DNA of 61,278 nucleotides from Polyangia bacterium (GTDB lineage Bacteria; Myxococcota_A; Polyangia; Fen-1088): NCBI GenBank assembly GCA_045802645.1, contig JBJMQQ010000052.1, positions 1 to 61,278 of the forward strand, read 5' to 3'. Shown piece by piece: positions 57,612 to 61,278 of this stretch (position 1 is its first letter; each line of letters starts with the position of its first letter). The notes under the pieces were generated by a model. It saw only the letters and a program-made list of their open reading frames with translations, ran no database searches and was not told where the DNA came from. The position numbers and the translations under genes were made by a program.

Positions 57612-59108
57612 ATGACCCACAGACCCACGCTCACGACGGAGGCCGGCGCGCCGGTGGCCGACAATCAGCACGCGCAGACGGCCGGCCCGGGCGGCCCGAC
57701 GCTGCTGCAGGACCACCACTTGATCGAGAAGCTCGCCCGATTCAACCGCGAGCGGATCCCCGAGCGCGTCGTCCACGCGGTCGGCTCCGGCGCGTACGGC
57801 TACCTGGAAGTGACCAGCGGTGCGCTCTCACGCTGGACGAAGATGAAGGTGTTCGCGCGCGACGGCCAGCGCACGCCGCTCTACGCCCGCTTCTCGACCG
57901 TCGCCGGCTCGCGCGGCGCACCGGACACAGCCCGCGATCCGCGCGGGTTTGCCGTGAAGGTCTACACCGAGGAGGGGAACTGGGACTTGGTCGGCAACAA
58001 CACGCCGGTGTTCTTCATCCGCGACGGCATCAAGTTCCCGGACTTCATCCATTCGCAGAAACCCGACCCGCACACGAACCGGCAAGAACCCGACAATATC
58101 TGGGACTTCTTCTCGCACTCGCCCGAGGCGACGCATCAGTTCACGTGGCTGTTCGGCGACCGCGGCATTCCGAGGTCGTACCGGCACATGGACGGCTTCG
58201 GCTCGCACACCTTTCAGTGGGTCAACGCCAAGGGCGACCGTTTTTGGGTCAAGTTCCACTTCAAGACGGAGCAGGGGATCGAGTGCCTGGCCACCGACGA
58301 GGCCCAGCGCATCGGGGGGCGCGACCCGCTGCACATCCACAAGGACCTCCACGATGCGATCCAGGCGCAGGCGTTCCCGGCCTGGACCGTCAAGGTGCAG
58401 GTGATGCCCGAACGCGAGGCGGCCAGCTACCGCTTCAACCCGTTCGACCTCACGAAGGTGTGGCCATACCGGGATTACCCGCTGATCCCGATCGCCCGGA
58501 TGGTGCTGGATCGTGTCCCCGACAACTACTTCGGCGAGGTCGAGCAGGCGGCGTTCGACCCGTCGAACTTCGTCCCGGGGATCGGGCCGTCGCCCGATCC
58601 GATGCTGCAGGCGCGCCTCTTCGGGTACGGAGACGCGCATCGCTACCGGCTGGGCATCAACCACACGCGGTTGCCCGTCAACGCGGCGCAGGGCGTCCCC
58701 GGTGGGGCGCGCAACTACGGCCGCGACGGGGCGATGCGCTTCGACGACAACGGCGGGCGCAGCAAGAACTACGAGCCCAACAGCCACGACGGGCCGGCGC
58801 AGACGGGCGAGCCGTTCGACCTCGGGTATGACGTATCCGGATCGGTCGGGCCGCGCGGGCTGGTCAAGCACCGCGAGGACGACGACTTCGTGCAGGCCGG
58901 CATGCTGTACCGGGTGATGGACGAGGGGGCCAAGGGCCGCCTGATCGACAACCTGTCCTCCAGCCTGGCGCTGGTCAGCCGCCCCGACGTCATCGAACGC
59001 GCGGTCGAACACTTTTGGCGCGCGGACGCCGACTACGGCAAGCGGCTGGTGGAGGCGATCGCCGCCAAGCGCATCTGTGCCCGGCCGGTCAGCGTCGCAA
59101 CGCCTTGA
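57612..59108 (+). CDS. katA: Monofunctional heme catalase (small subunit)
   Basis: FNRERIPERVVHA, VGNNTPVFF, RLFGYGDAHRYRLG. Confidence 0.95.
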   Translation: MTHRPTLTTEAGAPVADNQHAQTAGPGGPTLLQDHHLIEKLARFNRERIPERVVHAVGSGAYGYLEVTSGALSRWTKMKVFARDGQRTPLYARFSTVAGSRGAPDTARDPRGFAVKVYTEEGNWDLVGNNTPVFFIRDGIKFPDFIHSQKPDPHTNRQEPDNIWDFFSHSPEATHQFTWLFGDRGIPRSYRHMDGFGSHTFQWVNAKGDRFWVKFHFKTEQGIECLATDEAQRIGGRDPLHIHKDLHDAIQAQAFPAWTVKVQVMPEREAASYRFNPFDLTKVWPYRDYPLIPIARMVLDRVPDNYFGEVEQAAFDPSNFVPGIGPSPDPMLQARLFGYGDAHRYRLGINHTRLPVNAAQGVPGGARNYGRDGAMRFDDNGGRSKNYEPNSHDGPAQTGEPFDLGYDVSGSVGPRGLVKHREDDDFVQAGMLYRVMDEGAKGRLIDNLSSSLALVSRPDVIERAVEHFWRADADYGKRLVEAIAAKRICARPVSVATP

Positions 59109-60510
59109 CGTAGTCGACCAGCGCGGCCAGCTCGCCGTCCGAGAGCAGGCCGCCGTAGCTGGGCATCGTGGGACCAAACCCGTCCACGACGTCCGCGACG
59201 GGCGCGGTGATCGACTGGCGTAGATAGCGATCGTCGGCCGCGACGGTCCGACCGCCGGCCAGCCGCACGGGGCGGCCTGCCACGCCGGCCAGCGAGGGCG
59301 CCAGCGCCGCGTTGTCGTGGCACCCCCGGCAGCCCAGCGTGGCGAACAGACGCGCGCCGTCGCCGTCCCTGGGAAAGGCGGCCGTCGTGGTCAGCACGGA
59401 CGCCAGCGACGCGACATCCCCGCTGGCGACACGGGTGCGCACGACGCCGGATCGATCGATCAACGTGAAGTGATCGCTGTGTAGGATCGGACCGCCTTCG
59501 GTCTGGACCACCGATTCCCCCAGCCCGCGCGCGACGGCGCGGACGGTGTGCGCGTCGGCCGCCAGCAGGCGCCAGCGCGGATCGGGCGCGCCCCACCGGG
59601 CGGCGTAGGTGCGCAGCACGTCCGGCGTGTCGTTGGCCGGATCGACGGAGAACGAGACGAACCGAACATCGGCCGCCGTCACCATCCGGCGCAGCGCCGC
59701 GAGCCGCGCCGTCAGCATCGGGCAGGCGCCCATGCAGCGCGTGAAGATGAAATCGACGACGACAGGGTGAGCGGCCAGGTCCGCGGCCGTGACGGGCCGG
59801 CCGTCCTGATCGACGGCCCGAAAATCCGGCAGGCGCGCCTCCACCGTCGGCGACGCGGGACCGCCCGTTTGCGGAGAGGCCAACGGAGCCTGGGCGGCGG
59901 CTACCAGACCGTCTTGCAAGGCGGCCCAGCCGTCGTCGGCTCCCCATTGCTCGGTCACGTCGGCGTCACCGCGCACCCAACCGGCGGCGTCGACGGCGAA
60001 AATCCAGTGGCGCGCATCCAGCAGACCGTCCGCAGCCGCGCGCGCGTTTTCGGCGAGTCCCAGCTGGGCCGCCACGTCCGCCAGCCGCCCGGGGTCCAGC
60101 GGCGCGACGTGTCGCGCCGGCGAGCTCGAAGCTCCGCCGGGAAGGCCCCCCACCAGCAACGTCACCCAGCCGGGCTCGCGCCCCGTGCGCGCGCGAACCG
60201 ACGCGGCCAGCGCGGCGACCCGTGCCGCGACGTCGCTGTCGTCGGCGCCGCAGCCCGGAAACCGCAGCTCCAGGAGCCAGGGGCGCCCGGCGACGTCGCG
60301 TGACCAGCTCGCGCCCGCCTCCAGCGGCGGCAACGGAAACGGCACCGCCCGTCGCAGCGGCGCGCGGCGCTGCGACCAGGTGGGATCCAGTCGATGCCCG
60401 ACCCACACGCCCGCCGCGACGACGCCCACGACCGCCAACATCCCGGCACCCAGATAGCGGAGGACCGCCCCCGGATTCGGGCGTGCGGCCGTCTGGCTGA
60501 GCGAGGCCAC
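59089..60510 (-). CDS. SCO (SenC) family protein fused to cytochrome c
   Basis: N-terminal TM; FIFTRCMGACP, SVDPANDTP, ILHS; GCRGCH...YLRQSI..P...GFGPTMP. Confidence 0.85.
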   Translation of the reverse strand: MASLSQTAARPNPGAVLRYLGAGMLAVVGVVAAGVWVGHRLDPTWSQRRAPLRRAVPFPLPPLEAGASWSRDVAGRPWLLELRFPGCGADDSDVAARVAALAASVRARTGREPGWVTLLVGGLPGGASSSPARHVAPLDPGRLADVAAQLGLAENARAAADGLLDARHWIFAVDAAGWVRGDADVTEQWGADDGWAALQDGLVAAAQAPLASPQTGGPASPTVEARLPDFRAVDQDGRPVTAADLAAHPVVVDFIFTRCMGACPMLTARLAALRRMVTAADVRFVSFSVDPANDTPDVLRTYAARWGAPDPRWRLLAADAHTVRAVARGLGESVVQTEGGPILHSDHFTLIDRSGVVRTRVASGDVASLASVLTTTAAFPRDGDGARLFATLGCRGCHDNAALAPSLAGVAGRPVRLAGGRTVAADDRYLRQSITAPVADVVDGFGPTMPSYGGLLSDGELAALVDYVKALRR

Positions 60511-60628
60511 GTTCGATGACGTAAGTCGCTGCGCCCCCCGGCGCCAGAGCGCGTCGGCATCCTCGGCTTACCCGACTTGCGGCCATCAGCCGGGTGACTA
60601 CTTCGAATCGGAGCTGGACCTTTCCCCC

Positions 60629-61278
60629 GTGCGCCCCATCGAGCCCCCCTTCCCCATCGTCGAACCCGCCGACCCGTCGCGGTCGGCCGGCGACGCCGTG
60701 CTGGCCGCGAAGCTGGAACAAATCTGGAAGTCACCGCCCGGAGTCTGGGGGTGGCTGACCACCGTCGACCACAAGCAGATCGGGCGCCGATACCTGGTGA
60801 CGTCGCTGTTGTTCCTGATCGTCGGCGGCGTGGAAGCGCTGCTGATGCGAATGCAGCTGATTGGCCCCGACCGGCGGCTGATGTCGCCCGAGGCCTACAA
60901 CCAGCTGTTCACGATGCACGGGCTGACGATGATCATGTGGTACGCGGCGCCCGTGCTATCGGGGTTCAGCAACTTTCTGGTCCCGCTCTTCATCGGCGCG
61001 CGCGACATGGCGTTCCCGCGGCTGAACGCCTTCAGCTACTGGATGTTCCTGACGTCGGGCCTGCTGCTGTACGGCAGCGTGCTGTTCGCGCAGGCCCCCG
61101 ACGCCGGCTGGTTCTCTTACGTTCCGCTGGCCGGCAAGCGCTGGAACGCCGGGACGAACATGGATTTCTACACGACGTCGATGACGGCGCTGACGATCTC
61201 GACTACGGCCGGCGCCATCAACTTCATCGTCACGATCTTCAAGCACCGCGCCCCCGGCATGACGCCGGCCCGGATGCC
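60629..61278 (+). CDS. ctaD: Cytochrome c oxidase subunit I (3'-partial; start uncertain)
   Basis: WLTTVDHKQIG, YNQLFTMHG, PLFIGARDMAFPRLN, AGWFSY, GAINFIVTI. Confidence 0.92.
   Translation, partial: MRPIEPPFPIVEPADPSRSAGDAVLAAKLEQIWKSPPGVWGWLTTVDHKQIGRRYLVTSLLFLIVGGVEALLMRMQLIGPDRRLMSPEAYNQLFTMHGLTMIMWYAAPVLSGFSNFLVPLFIGARDMAFPRLNAFSYWMFLTSGLLLYGSVLFAQAPDAGWFSYVPLAGKRWNAGTNMDFYTTSMTALTISTTAGAINFIVTIFKHRAPGMTPARM

Overview
A very GC-rich, densely coding bacterial window. MYXO-CTERM, DUF4215/fibro-slime, Gly/Thr-rich lipoprotein linkers, an FHA-sigma54 activator next to a Ser/Thr kinase, and a CorE-like ECF sigma factor all point to Myxococcota, probably Polyangia (inference). It holds about 58 genes. 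These include many secreted carbohydrate-active enzymes (GH54-like, PL11, DUF2961/GH172-like, SGNH, GH5, GH79-like, GH30), a flotillin/NfeD pair, DUF1592/DUF1552, map, pdxJ, Fic, a cold-shock protein, an RRM protein, AAC(3)-I, a LigD polymerase domain, catalase, an SCO-cytochrome c fusion and the start of cytochrome oxidase subunit I. I saw no rRNA, tRNA, CRISPR array or transposase. The best candidate for an undescribed system is at 39.1-40.9 kb: a CorE-like Cys-tailed ECF sigma factor and a CxxC flavin oxidoreductase sit divergent from a 56-aa six-CxC metallothionein-like peptide with its own ECF-type promoter and downstream hairpin. Other highlights are a GH79/porin/CX4CH-lipoprotein/hexuronate-transporter-remnant locus ending at a 151-bp MITE-like inverted repeat, twin palindromic operators covering both start codons of a MarR pair, an HTH-only LysR facing map, operator-like repeats before Fic, an in-frame TAG in DUF1552, and a beta-defensin-like Cys domain. 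All family assignments come from motif recognition, not database searches.
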